Below, piece by piece: positions 26,601-41,400 of a stretch of DNA of 64,000 bases; within the stretch, counting starts at the first letter, position 1, and each line of letters begins with the position of its first letter. The notes under the pieces were generated by a model. The model did no database searches and was not told the DNA's origin. It saw nothing but the letters and a program-made list of their open reading frames with translations. The DNA comes from Malacoraja senta (taxonomy: Eukaryota): the NCBI GenBank assembly GCA_038087875.1, contig CM075994.1, positions 5,520,001-5,584,000 of the forward strand, read 5' to 3'. Position numbers and translations under genes: made by a program.

Positions 26601-27733
26601 AGAAACATAGAAACATAGAAATTAGGTGCAGGAGTAGGCCATTCGGCCCTTCGAGCCTGCACCGCCATTCAATATGATCATGGCTGATCATCCAACTCAC
26701 TATCCCGTACCTGCCTTCTCTCCATACCCTCTGATCCCTTTAGCCACAAGGGACACATCTAACTCCCTCTTAAATATAGCCAATGAACTGGCCTCGACTA
26801 CCCTCTGTGGCAGAGAGTTCCAGAGATTCACCACTCTCTGTGTGAAAAAAATTCTTCTCATCTCGGTTTTAAACGATTTCCCCCTTATCCTTAAGCTGTG
26901 ACCCCTTGTCCTGGACTTCCCCAACAACGGGAGCAATCTTCCTGCATCTAGCCTGTCCAACCCCTTAAGAATTTTGTAAGTTTCTATAAGATCCCCTCTC
27001 AATCTCCTAAATTCTAGAGAGTATAAACCAAGTCTATCCAGTCTTTCTTCATAAGAGAGTCCTGACGTCCCAGGAATCAGTCTGGTGAACTTTCTCTGCA
27101 CTCCCTCTATGGCAATAATGTCCTTCCTCAGATTTGGAGACCAAAACTGTATGCAATACTCCAGGTGTGGTCTCACCAAGACCATGTACAACTGCAGTAG
27201 AACCTCCCTGCTCCTATACTCAAATCGTTTTGCTATGAAAGCTAACATACCATTCGATTTCTTCACTGCCTGCTGCACCTGCATGCCTACTTTCAATGAC
27301 TGGTGTACCATGACACCCAGGTCTCGCTGCATCTCCCCTTTTCCTAGTCGGCCACCATTTAGATAATAGTCTGCTTTCCTGTTTTTGCCACCAAATTGCA
27401 TAACCTCACATTTATCCACATTATACTGCATCTGCCAAACATTTGCCCACTCACCCAGCCTATCCAAGTCACCTTGCAGTCTCCTAGCATCATCCTCACA
27501 GCTAACACTGCCCCCCAGCTTAGTGTCATCCGCAAACTTGGAGATATTGCCTTCAATTCCCTCATCCAGATCATTAATATATATTGTGAATAGCTGGGGT
27601 CCCAGCACTGAGCCTTGCGATACCCAACTAGTCACTGCCTGCCATTGTGAAAAGGACCCGTTTACTCCTACTCTTTGCTTCCTGTTTGCCAGCCAGTTCT
27701 CTATCCACATCAATACTGAACCCCCAATGCCAT
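26601..27733 (-). mobile_element. Young 5'-truncated HER1-type CR1 inserted in the satellite
   Basis: Open frame through QGSVLGPQLFTIYINDL, KFADDTKL, RPHLEYC and SLEFRRLRGDLIE to the stop at 26700; (ATAGAAAC)n tail. Confidence 0.96.
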
Positions 27734-30700
27734 GAGATGATTGGCTTGGCCTGCCCTGTAGTGAAATTGCATTGGCAATGGAAATGAAATTAAAATGCCA
27801 TGAGCGGTTTTGCTTTGCCTGTCCTGTGCTTGAAACTGCAATAGCAATGGGAATCAAATCAAAACACAGTGAGCTTTTCGTTCTGCCCACTGCTTGAAAC
27901 TGCAATGGCAATGGAAGTGAAACGAAATTGCAGTGAGCGCTTCGGCCTGCCCTGTGCTTGCATCTGCAATGGCAGTGGAATTGAAATGAAAATGCAATGA
28001 TATGTTTGGTTTGGCCTGCCCTGTGCATGAAACTGCAATGGCAATGGAAATGAAATAAAAATGCCAATGAGTTGTTTGGCTTGGCCTGACCTGTGCTTGG
28101 AACTGCAACGGCAATGGAAATTAAATGAAAAATGCAATGAGCTGTGTGGCTTGGCCTGCTCTGAGCTTGAAACAGCAATGGCAATGGATATGAAATTAAA
28201 ATGCAGTCAGCTGTATGGCTTAACCTGCCCTGTGCTTGAAACTGCAACGGCAATGGAAATTAAATGAAAATGAAAGCAGCTGTTTGGCTTGGCCAGCCCA
28301 GTGCTTGAAACTGCATTGGTAATGGAACTGAAATGAACAATGCAATACGCTTTGGCCTGGCCTGCCCTGTGCTGGAAACCGCAATGGCAAGTAAAATGAA
28401 ATGAAAATGGAATCAAATGTTTGGCTTGGCCTGCACTGTGTTGGAAACTGCAATGGCAATGGAAATGAAATGAAAATGTAATCAGCTGTTGGCCTTGGAC
28501 TGCTCTATGCTTGAAACTGCAATGGTAATGAAAATGATATGAAAATGCAATCAACGGTGTGGCTTGGCCAGCCCTGTGCTTGAAACTGCAATGGCGATGG
28601 AAATGAAATGAAAATACAACCAGCTTTTTGGCCTTCCTGGTGCTTGAAACTGCAATGGCAATGGAAATGAAATGAAAATGCAATCCGCTGTATGGCCTGC
28701 CCTGTGCTTGAAACTGCAATGGCATTTGAAGCAATAATGAAAATGCAGTGAGCTGTTCGAATTGTTCTGTGCTTGAAATTGCAATGGGAATGAAAATGAA
28801 GTGAAAAATCAATCAGCTGTTTGGCATGCACTGTGCTTGAATCTGAATGGCAATGGAAGTGAAATGAAAATGAAATCATCTGTTTGGCCTGCCCTGTACT
28901 TGAAAATGCAATGGCAATGGAAAGTGAAAGGAAAATGCAATGAGCTGTTCAGACTGCCCTGTGCTTGAACCTGCAATGACAAGGGAAGGGGAATTAAATT
29001 GCAGTGAGTTGTTCGTCCTGCCCTGTGCTTGAAACTGCAATGGCAAGTGAAGTGAAATGAAAACGCAGTGAGCTGTTTGTCCTGCCTTGTGCTTGAAACT
29101 GCAATGGCAATGGAAGTGAAATGAAAATGTAATGAACTGTTTGGCATGGCCTGCTCTGTGCTTGAAATTGCAATGGCAATGGAAATGAAGTGAAAATGCA
29201 ATCAGCTGTTTGGCTTGGCCTGCCCTGCGCTTGAAACTGCAATGGCAATCGAAATGAAATGAAAATGCAATCAGCAGTTTGGCTTGGCCTGCCCTGTGCT
29301 TGAAACCGCAATGGCAATGGAAATGAAATTCAAATACAACCAGCTGGTTGGCCTGCACTGCGCTTGAAAATGCAATGGCAATGGAAGTGAAATGAAAACG
29401 CAGTGAGCTGTTCGGCTTGCCATGTGCTTGAAACTGCAATGGCAATGGAATTGAAATCAAAATGTAGTGAGCTGTTTGTCTTGACCAGCCCTGTGCTTGA
29501 AACCGCAATGGCAATGGAAAATAAATGAAAATGCAATCAGTTGTTAGGCTTGGCCTGCCCTGTCCTATGCTTGAAACTGCAATGGGAATGGAAATGACAT
29601 TCAAATTCACCCAGCTGTTTGCCCTGCACTGTGGTTGAAACTGCAGTGGCAATGGTAGTGAAATGAAAATGCAATCAACTCTTTGGCCTGCACTGTGCTT
29701 GAAACTGCAATGGCAATGGAAAGTTAAAGGAAAATTCAGTGAGCTGTTCGGGCTACCCTGTGCATGAAACTGCAAAGGCAATAGAACATGAAAGGGAAAT
29801 GCAGTGAGCTGTTTGGCCTGCCCTGTGCATGAAACTGCAATGGCAATGGAAGTGAAATGAAAATGTAATGAGCTGCTTGGCTTGGCCTGCCGTGTGCTTG
29901 AAACTGCAATGGCAATGGAAGTGAAATGAAAATGTAGTGAGCTGTTTGGATTGGCCTGCGTTGTGCTTGAAATTACAATGGCTATGGAAAGAAATGAAAA
30001 ATGCAATGAGCTGTTTGGTTGGGCCTGCACTGTGCTTGAAACTGCAATGACAATGAAATGAAATGCAAACGTAGTGAGCTGTTCGGCCGGTCCTGTGCTT
30101 AAAACTGCAGTGGCATTAGAAGTGAAATGAAAATGTAGTGAGCTGTTTTGCTTGAACTGCCCTGCACATGAAACTGCAATGGTAATTGAAATGAAAGGAA
30201 AATGTAATCATATGTTTGGCTAGGCCTGCCCTGTGCTTGAAAATGCAATGGCAATGGAAATGAATTGAAAATACAACCAGTTGTTTGGCCTGTCCTGTGC
30301 TTGAAACTGCAATGCCAATGGAAGTGAAATGAAAATGCAATGAGCTCTTATGCTTGCCCTGTGCTTGAAACTACAATGGCAAAGGAATTAAAATGAAAAT
30401 GCAGTGAGCTGTTCGGCCTGCCCTATGCTTGAAACTGCAATGGGAATGGACGTGATACGAAAATGCAATGAGCTTTTCGGCCTGCCCTGTGCTTCAAACT
30501 GCAATGGCAATGGAAGTGAACTGGAAATGCAGTGAGCTGTTCGAATCGCATTGTGCTTGAAGCCTCAATGGCAACGGGAATGAAATGAAAAGGCAATCAG
30601 CTGTTTGGCTTGGCCTGCCCTGTGCTTGAAACTGCAATGGCAATGGAAGTGAAATGAAAATGCAATCAGCTCTTTGGCCTGCTCTGTGCTTGTAACTGCA

Positions 30701-33700
30701 ATGGCATTGGAAGTGAAATTAAAATGCAGTGAGCTGTTCGGCCTGTCCTGTGCTTGTAACTGCACTGGCAATGGAAGCGAAATGAAAATGCTGTGACCTG
30801 TTCGGCCTTCCCAGTGCTTGAAACTGCAGTGGCAATGGAAATGAAATGAAAATGCAATGAGCTGTTTGGCTTGGACTACCCAGTGTTTGAAGCTGCAATG
30901 GCATTGGAAATGAAATGAAAATACAACCAGCCTTTGTTGCCTGCCTGGTGCTTGAAATAGCAATGGCAATGGAAATGAAATGAAAATGCTTTCAGCTGTT
31001 TGGCCTGCCCTGTGCTTGACATTGCAACGGCAATGGAACTGAACTGAAAATGCAGTGAACTTATCGGCCTGTCCTATGCTTGAAAATGCAATGGCAATGG
31101 AAAGGAAATGAAAAATCCAATGAGCTCATTGGCTCGGCCTGCCCTGTGCTTGAAACTGTAATGGCAATTAAAATTAAATTAAGATGCAATCAGCTGTTTG
31201 GCTTGGCCTGCCCTGTGCTTGAAATCGCAATGGAAATGAAATGAAATGCAATGAGTTGTTTTTATTAGCCTGCCGTGTGCTTGCAACTGCAATGGCAATG
31301 GAAATGAATTGAAAATGCAATGAGCTGTATGGCTTGGCCTGCCCTGAGCTTGAAAGTTCAGTGGCAATGGAAATGAAGTGAAAATACAACCTGTTTTGCC
31401 TGCCCTGTGCTTGAAACTGCAATGGCAATCGAAATGTAGTGAAAATGCAATCAGCAGTTTGGCTTAACCTGCCATGTGCTTGAAACTGAAATGGCAATGG
31501 AAATGAAATGAAAATACAATAAGCTGTTTGGCTTGGCGTATGGCTTGGCCTGCCCTGAGCTTGAAAGTTCAGTGGCAATGGAAATGAAATGAAAATACAA
31601 CCTGTTTTGCCTGCCCTGTGCTTGAAACTGCAATGGCAATCGAAATGAAGTGAAAATGCAATCAGCAGTTTGGCTTAACCTGCCATGTGCTTGAAACTGA
31701 AATGGCAATGGGAATGAAATGAAAATACAATAAGCTGTTTGGCTTGGCGTGCACCGTGCTTGAAACTGCAATGCCAATGGAAATAAAAGAAAATTGCCAA
31801 TGAGCTGTTTGGCTTGGTGTGCCCTGTGCTAGGAACTGCAACGGCAATGGAAATGAAATGAAAAATGCAATGAACTGTTTGTTTTGGCCTGCCCAGTGCT
31901 TGAAACCACAATGGCAATGGAAATGAAATGAAAATGCAATCAGCTGCTTGGCCTGCCCTGTGCTTGAAACTGCAAAGGCAGTGGATGAGAAATGAAAATG
32001 CAGTGAGCTGTTCGTCCTGCTCTGTGCTTGAAAATGAAATTGCAATGGAAGTGACATGAAAATGCAGTGAGCTGTTCGATCTGCCCTGTTTGGCTTGGAC
32101 TGCTCTGTGCTTGAGACTACAATGGCAATGGAAAATGAAACGAAAATGCAATCAACTGTTTGGCTTGGACTGCTCTGTGCTTGAAGCTGCAATGGTAATG
32201 GAAATGAAATGAAAATACAACCAGCTTGTTGGCCTGCCTGGTGCTTGAAACAGCAATGGCAATGGGAATTAAGTGAAAAACGTAATGAGATGTTTGGCCT
32301 GGACTGCCCTGTGCTTGAAACCGCAAAGGCAATGGAAATGATATGAAAATGCAATCAGCTGTTTGGCTTGGCATGCCCTGTGCTTGACACTGCAATGGCA
32401 ATGTAAATGAAATGAACAATATAACGAGCAGTTTGGCTTGGCCTGCCCTGTGCTTGTAAGTTCAGTGGCAATGGAAATGAAATGAAAATACAACCAGCTA
32501 TTTTGCCTGCCCTGTGTTTGAAACTGCAATGGCAATGGGTGTGAAATGAAAATGCAACCAGCTGTTTGGCCTGCCATGTGCTTGAAACATCAATGGCAAT
32601 GGAAGTGATATGAAAATGCAGTGAGCTGTTCGGCGAGCACTGTGCTTGAAACTGCATTGGCAATGGAAGTGAAATGAAAATGCAGTGAGCTGTTGGCTAG
32701 GCCTGCCCTGTGCTTGAAACGGCAATAGCAAAGGAAATTACATGAAAAGGCAATGAACTGGGTTTGGCTTGGCCTGCCCTGTGTTTGAAACTGCAATGGC
32801 AATGGGAAAAAAATGAAAAAAGCAATGAGATGTTTGGCCTGGTCTGCCCTGTGCTTCAAACCGCAAAGGCAATGGAAATGAAATAAAAATGCGATTAGAT
32901 GTTTGAATTGGCCTGCGTTGTGATTGAAACTGCAATGGCAATGGAAACGAAATGAAAATGCAATGAGCTGTTTGGCTTGACCTGCCCCGTGCTTAACCTA
33001 CAATGGCAATGGAAATTAAATGAAAATGCAATCAGCTATTTGGCCTGCCTGGGCTTAAAACACCAATGGCAATGGAAATGAAATGCAAATGCAATCATTT
33101 GTTTGGCCTGTCTGTGCTTGAAACTGCAATGGTAATGGAAGCGAAATGAAAATGCAGTGAACTGTTCGGAGTGCCCTGTGCATGAAAGTGCAATGGCAAA
33201 AAAAGTGAAATGAAAACGAAGTGAGCTGTTTGGCTTGGCTTGCCCTTTGCTAAAACTGCAATGGCAATGGATGTGAAATGAAAATGCAAAGAGCTGTTTG
33301 GCTTGGCCTGCACTGTGCTTGAAACTGCAACGGCAATGGAAATGACATGAAAAATGCAATGAGCTTTTTGGCTTGGCCTGCCCTGTGCTTGAAACTGCAA
33401 TGACAATGAAAATTAAATTAAAATGCATTGAGCTGTTTGTCTTGGCTTGCTCTGTGCTCGAAACTGCAATGGCAGTGGAAATGTAATGAAAAATACAACG
33501 AGCTGTTTGGCTTGGCCTGCCCTGTGCTTGAACGGGCAATGGCAATGGAAATGAAATGAAAATACAACCAGCTCTTTTGCCTGCCCTGTGCTTGAAAATG
33601 CAATGGCAATGGATATGAAATGAAAATGCAACCATCTGTTTAGCGTGCCCTGTGCTTGAAACAGCTATGGCAATGGAAGTGAAGTGATAAAGCAATGAGC

Positions 33701-36700
33701 TGTGGTTGGCTTGGCCTGCCCTGTGCTTGAAACTGTAATGGCAATGGAAATGAAATGAAAATACAACCAGCTGCTGGCCTGCCCTGTGTTGAAACTGCAA
33801 TAGCAATGGAAGTGAAATTAAAATGCAGTGAGCTGTTCGGCCTGTCCTGTGCTTGTAACTGCACTGGCAATGGAAGCGAAATGAAAATGCTGTGACCTGT
33901 TCGGCCTTCCCAGTGCTTGAAACTGCAATGGCAATGGAAGTGAAATAAAGATGCAGTGAGCTATTCGGACTGCCCTGTGCTTGAAACTGCATTGGCAATG
34001 GAAGTGAAATGAAAATACAATAAGCTGTTTGGCTTGGCGAGTCACGTGCTTGAAACTGCAGTGGCAATGGAAATGAAATGAAAATGCAATGAGCTGTTTG
34101 GCTTGGAGTACCCAGTGTTTGAAGCTGCAATGGCATTGGAAATGAAATGAAAATACAACCAGCCTTTGTTGCCTGCCTGGTGCTTGAAATAGCAATGGTA
34201 ATGGAAATGAAATGAAAATGCTTTCAGCTGTTTGGCCTGCCCTGTGCTTGACATTGCAACGGCAATGGAACTGAACTGAAAATGCAGTGAACTTATCGGC
34301 CTGTCCTATGCTTGAAAATGCAATGGCAATGGAAAGGAAATGAAAAATCCAATGAGCTCCTTGGCTCGGCCTGCCCTGTGCTTGAAACTGTAATGGCAAT
34401 TAAAATTAAATTAAGATGCAATCAGCTGTTTGGCTTGGCCTGCCCTGTGCTTGAAATCGCAATGGAAATGAAATGAAATGCAATGAGCTGATTTTATTAG
34501 CCTGCCGTGTGCTTGCAACTGCAATGGCAATGGAAATGAATTGAAAATGCAATGAGCTGTATGGCTTGGCCTGCCCTGAGCTTGAAAGTTCAGTGGCAAT
34601 GGAAATGAAATGAAAATACAACCTGTTTTGCCTGCCCTGTGCTTGAAACTGCAATGGCAATCGAAATGTAGTGAAAATGCAATCAGCAGTTTGGCTTAAC
34701 CTGCCATGTGCTTGAAACTGAAATGGCAATGGAAATGAAATGAAAATACAATAAGCTGTTTGGCTTGGCGTATGGCTTGGCCTGCCCTGAGCTTGAAAGT
34801 TCAGTGGCAATGGAAATGAAATGAAAATACAACCTGTTTTGCCTGCCCTGTGCTTGAAACTGCAATGGCAATCGAAATGAAGTGAAAATGCAATCAGCAG
34901 TTTGGCTTAACCTGCCATGTGCTTGAAACTGAAATGGCAATGGGAATGAAATGAAAATACAATAAGCTGTTTGGCTTGGCGTGCACCGTGCTTGAAACTG
35001 CAATGCCAATGGAAATAAAAGAAAATTGCCAATGAGCTGTTTGGCTTGGTGTGCCCTGTGCTAGGAACTGCAACGGCAATGGAAATGAAATGAAAAATGC
35101 AATGAGCTGTTTGGTTTGGCCTGCCCAGTGCTTGAAACCACAATGGCAATGGAAATGAAATGAAAATGCAATCAGCTGCTTGGCCTGCCCTGTGCTTGAA
35201 ACTGCAAAGGCAGTGGATGAGAAATGAAAATGCAGTGAGCTGTTCGTCCTGCTCTGTGCTTGAAAATGAAATTGCAATGGAAGTGACATGAAAATGCAGT
35301 GAGCTGTTCGATCTGCCCTGTTTTTGAAACTGCAATGGCAATGGAAATGAAATGAAAATGCAATGAGCAGTTTGTCTTGGCACCCACTGTGCTTGAAACT
35401 GCAATGGCAATGGAAATGAAATGAAAATGCAATCAGCTGTTTGGCTTGGACTGCTCTGTGCTTGAGACTACAATGGCAATGGAAAATGAAACGAAAATGC
35501 AATCAACTCTTTGGCTTGGACTGCTCTGTGCTTGAAGCTGCAATGGTAATGGAAATGAAATGAAAATACAACCAGCTTGTTGGCCTGCCTGGTGCTTGAA
35601 ACAGCAATGGCAATGGGAATTAAGTGAAAAACGTAATGAGATGTTTGGCCTGGACTGCCCTGTGCTTGAAACCGCAAAGGCAATGGAAATGATATGAAAA
35701 TGCAATCAGCTGTTTGGCTTGGCATGCCCTGTGCTTGACACTGCAATGGCAATGTAAATGAAATGAACAATATAACGAGCAGTTTGGCTTGGCCTGCCCT
35801 GTGCTTGTAAGTTCAGTGGCAATGGAAATGAAATGAAAATACAACCAGCTATTTTGCCTGCCCTGTGTTTGAAACTGCAATGGCAATGGGTGTGAAATGA
35901 AAATGCAACCAGCTGTTTGGCCTGCCATGTGCTTGAAACATCAATGGCAATGGAAGTGATATGAAAATGCAGTGAGCTGTTCGGCGAGCACTGTGCTTGA
36001 AACTGCATTGGCAATGGAAGTGAAATGAAAATGCAGTGAGCTGTTGGCTAGGCCTGCCCTGTGCTTGAAACGGCAATAGCAAAGGAAATTACATGAAAAG
36101 GCAATGAACTGGGTTTGGCTTGGCCTGCCCTGTGTTTGAAACTGCAATGGCAATGGGAAAGAAATGAAAAAAGCAATGAGATGTTTGGCCTGGTCTGCCC
36201 TGTGCTTCAAACCGCAAAGGCAATGGAAATGAAATAAAAATGCGATTAGATGTTTGAATTGGCCTGCGTTGTGATTGAAACTGCAATGGCAATGGAAACG
36301 AAATGAAAATGCAATGAGCTGTTTGGCTTGACCTGCCCCGTGCTTAACCTACAATGGCAATGGAAATTAAATGAAAATGCAATCAGCTATTTGGCCTGCC
36401 TGGGCTTAAAACACCAATGGCAATGGAAATGAAATGCAAATGCAATCATTTGTTTGGCCTGTCTGTGCTTGAAACTGCAATGGTAATGGAAGCGAAATGA
36501 AAATGCAGTGAACTGTTCGGAGTGCCCTGTGCTTGAAAGTGCAATGGCAAAAAAAGTGAAATGAAAACGAAGTGAGCTGTTTGGCTTGGCTTGCCCTTTG
36601 CTAAAACTGCAATGGCAATGGATGTGAAATGAAAATGCAAAGAGCTGTTTGGCTTGGCCTGCACTGTGCTTGAAACTGCAACGGCAATGGAAATGACATG

Positions 36701-39700
36701 AAAAATGCAATGAGCTTTTTGGCTTGGCTTGCCCTGTGCTTGAAACTGCAATGACAATGAAAATTAAATTAAAATGCATTGAGCTGTTTGTCTTGGCTTG
36801 CTCTGTGCTCGAAATTGCAATGGCAGTGGAAATGTAATGAAAAATACAACGAGCTGTTTGGCTTGGCCTGCCCTGTGCTTGAAAGGGCAATGGTAATGGA
36901 AATGAAATGAAAATACAACCAGCTCTTTTGCCTGCCCTGTGCTTGAAAATGCAATGGCAATGGATATGAAATGAAAATGCAACCATCTGTTTAGCGTGCC
37001 CTGTGCTTGAAACAGCTATGGCAATGGAAGTGAAGTGATAAAGCAATGAGCTGTGGTTGGCTTGGCCTGCCCTGTGCTTGAAACTGTAATGGCAATGGAA
37101 ATGAAATGAAAATACAACCAGCTGCTGGCCTGCCCTGTGTTGAAACTGCAATAGCAATGGAAGTGACTAGAACATACAGTCAGCTGCTTTGCCTGCAATG
37201 TGCTTGAAACTGCAATGGTAGTGGATGTGAAATGAAAATACAGTGAGCTATTAGGCCTGCTCTTTGCTTGAAAATGTAATTGCAATGGAAGTGACATGAA
37301 AATGCAGTGAGCTGTTCGTCCTGCCCTATCTTTGAAACTGCCATGGCAATGGAAATGAAATGAAAATGCAATCAGCTGTTTGGCTTAACCTGCCATGTGC
37401 TTGAAACTGCAATGGCAATGGAAATGAAATGAAAATACAATAAGCTGTTTGGCGTGGCGTGCCCCGTGCTTGAAACTGCAGTGGCAATGGAAATGAAATG
37501 AAAATGCAATGAGCCGTTTGGCTTGGACACTCCCTGTGCTTGAAACAGCAATGGCAACGGAAATTAATTGAAAATACAACCAGCTGTTTGTCCTGCCCTG
37601 TGCTTGAAACTGAAATGGCAATGGAAGTTTCATGAAAATACAATCAGCTACTCGGCCTGCCCTGTGCTTGAAACTGCAATGACAGTGGGTGTTAAATGAA
37701 AATGCAGTGAGCTGTTCGGCCTGTCCTGTCTTTGAAACTGCAATGGCAATGGAAATGAAATGAAAATGCAGTGAGCTGTTCGGCCTGCCCTGTGCTTGAA
37801 AATGCAATGCCAATGGAAAAGAAATAAGAATGCCAATGAGCTGTTTGGCTAGGCCTGCACTGTGCTTGAAACCGCAATGGCAAAGGAAATGAAATTAAAA
37901 TGCAATCAGCTATTTGGTTTAACCTGCCCTGTGCTTGAAACTGCAACGGCAATGGAAATGAAATGAAAATGCAAGCACTGTTTGGCTTTGCCAGCCCAGT
38001 GCTTGAGACTGCAATGGCAGTGGATGTGACATGAAAATACAGTGACCTGCTAGCTCTCCTCTGTGCATGAAAATGCAATTGCAATGGAAGTGACATGGAA
38101 ATGCAGTGAGCTTTTCGGCCTGCCCTGTCTTTGAAGCTGCAATGGCAATGGAAATGAAATGAAAATGCAGTGAGCTGTCTGGCTTGGCAAGCACTGTGCT
38201 TGAAACTACAATGGCAATGGAAATGAAATGATAATGCAACCAGCTGTTTGGCTTGGACTTCCATGTGCTTGAAACTGCAATGGCAATTGAAATGAAATAA
38301 AAATCCCAATGAGCTGTTTGGCTTGGCCTGACCCGTGCTTGGAACTACAACGGCAATGGAAATGAAATGAAAAATGCAATGAGCTGTTTGGCTTGGCCTG
38401 CTCTGTGCTTGAAACAGCAATGGCAATGGATATGAAATTAAAATGCAGTCAGCTGTTTGGCTTAACCTGCCCTGTGCTTGAAACTGCAACGGCAATGGAA
38501 ATTAAATGAAAATGAAAGCAGCTGTTTGGCTTGGCCAGCCCAGTGCTTGAAACTGCAATGGCAATGGAACTGAAAGGAACAATGCAATAAGCTTTGGCCT
38601 GGCCTGCCCTGTGCTAGAAACCGCAATGGCAAGTAAAATGAAATGAAAATGGAATCAGATGTTTGGCTTGGCCTGCACTGTGTTGGAAACTGCAATGGCA
38701 ATGGAAAGGAAATGAAAATGTAATCAGCTGTTGACCTTGGACTGCTCTACGCTTGAAACTGCAAAGGTAATGAAAATGAAATGAAAATGCAAGCAACGGT
38801 GTGGCTTGGCCAGCCCTGTGCTTGAAACTGCAATGGCAATGGAAATGAAATGAAAATACAACCAGCTTTTTGGCCTTCCTGGTGCTTGAAACAGCAATGG
38901 CAATGGAAATGAAATGAAAATGCAATCCGCTGTATGGCCTGCCCTGTGCTTGAAACTGCACCGGCTATGGAACTGAAATGAAAATGCAGTGAACTGTTCG
39001 GCCTGCCCTATGCTTGAAACTGCAATGGCAAGGGAAGTGAAATGAAAACGCACTGAGCTGTTTGTCCTGCCTTGTGCTTGAAACTGCAATGGCAATGGAA
39101 GTGAAATGAAAATGTAATGAACTGTTTGGCTTGGCCTGCTCTGTGCTTGAAACTGTAATGGCAATGGAAATGAAGTGAAGATGCAATCAGCTGTTTGGCT
39201 TGGCCTGCCCTGCGCTTAAACTGCAATGGCAATCGAAATGAAGTGAAAATGGAATCAGCAGTCTCGCTTGGCCTGCCCTGTGCTTGAAACCGCAATGGCA
39301 ATGGAAATGAAATTCAAATACTACCAGCTGGTTGGCCTGCACTGCGCTTGAAAATGCAATGGCAGTGGAAGTGAAATGAAAACGCAGTGAGTTGTTCGGC
39401 TTGCCAGGTGCTTGAAACTGCAATGGCAATGGAATTGAAATCAAAATGTAGTGAGCTGTTTGTCTTGACCAGCCCTGTGCTTGAAACCGCAATGGCAATG
39501 GAAATGAAATGAAAATGCAATCAGTTGTTTGGCTTGGCCTGCCCTGCCCTATGCTTGAAACTGCAATGGGAATGGAAATGAAATTAAAATTCACCCAGCT
39601 GTTTGCCCTGCACTGTGCTTGAAACTGCAATGGCAATGGAAGTGAAATGAAAATGCAATCAGCTCTTTGGCCTGCCCTGTGCTTGAAACTGCAATGGCAA

Positions 39701-41400
39701 TGGAAGTGAAATGAAAATGTAGTGAGCTGCTTGGCTTGGCCTGCCGTGTGCTTGAAACTGCAATGGCAATGGAAGTGAAATGAAAATGTAGTGAGCTGTT
39801 TGGCTTGGCCTGCGCTTTGCTTGAAACTACAATGACTATGGAAATGAAATGAAAAATGCAATGAGCTGTTTGTATTGGCCTGCCCTGTGCTTGAAACTGC
39901 AATGGCAATGGAAATGAATTGAAAATACAACCAGCTGTTTGACCTGTCCTGTGCTTCAAACTGCAATGCCAATGGAAGTGAAATGAAATTGCAATGAGCT
40001 CTTATACTTGCCCTGTGCTTGAAACTACAATGGCAAAGGAATTGAAATGAAAATGCAGTGAGCTGTTCCGCCTGCCCTATGCTTGAAACTGCAATGGCAA
40101 TGGACGTGATACGAAAATGCAATGAGCTTTTCGGCCTGCCCTGTGCTTGAAACTGCAATGGCAATGGAAGTGAAATGGAAATGCTGTGAGCTGTTCGAAT
40201 CGCCGTGTGCTTGAAACCGCAATGGCAATGGGAATGAAATGAAAATGCAATCAGCTGTTTGTCTTGGCCTGCCCTGCGCTTGAAACTGCAATGACAACGG
40301 ATATGAAATGAAAATGCAATCAGCTGTTTGGCTTGGCCAGCCCTGTGCTTGAAACTGCAATGGCAATGGAAGTGAAATGAAAATTCAATCAGCTGTTTGG
40401 CCTGCCCTGTGCTTGTAACTGCAATGGCAATGGAAGTGAAATTAAAATGCAGTGAGCTGTTCGGCCTGCCCTGTGCTTGTAACTGCAATGGCAATGGAAG
40501 CGAAATGAAAAAGCTGTGACCTGTTCTTCCCAGTGCTTGAAACTGCAATGGCAATGGAAGTGAAATAAAGATGCAGTGAGCTATTTGGACTGCCCTGTGC
40601 TTGAAACTGCAATGGCAATGGAAGTGAAATGAAAATGCAGTGAGAAGTTCGGCCTGCCCTGTGCTTGAAACTGCAATGTCAATGGAAGTGAAATGAAAAT
40701 GCAGTGAGCTGCTCGGCCTGCCCTGTGCTTGAATATGCAAAGGCAATTGATGTGAATTGAAAATGCAATCAGCTGTTTGGCTTGGCCTGCCCTGTGCTTG
40801 AAACTGCAATGGCAATGGAATGAATTGAAAAAACAACCAGTTGTTTGGCCTGTCCTGTGCTTGAAACTGCAGTAGCAATGGAAGTGAAATGAAAATGCAG
40901 TGAGCTGCTCGACCAGCCCTATGCTTGAAAGTGCAATGGCAGTGGATGTGAAATGAAAATGCAGAGAGCTGTTCGGCCTGCCCTGTGCTTGAAACTGCAA
41001 TGGCAATGGAAGTTAAATGTAAATACAGTGATATCTTATGCCTGTCCTTTGCTCGAAACTGTAATGCCAAAGGAATTGATACGAAAATTCAGTGAGCTGT
41101 TCGGCCTGCCCAGTGCTTGAATCTGCAATGGCAATGTAAGTGAAATGAAAACGCAGTGAGCTGTTCTGCCTTCCCTGTGCTTGAAACTGCAATGGTAATG
41201 GAAGTGAAATGCAAATGTAGTGTGATGTTCGGCCTGCCCTGTGCTTGAAACTGAAATTGCAATGGAAGTGAAATGAAAATGTCGTGAGCTGTTTGGCTTG
41301 GCCTGCCCTGTGCTTGAAACTGCAATGGCAAAGGAAATGAAATGAAAAATGCATTGTTCTTCGTCTTGGGCTGCCCCGTGTTTGAAACTGCAATGGCAAT

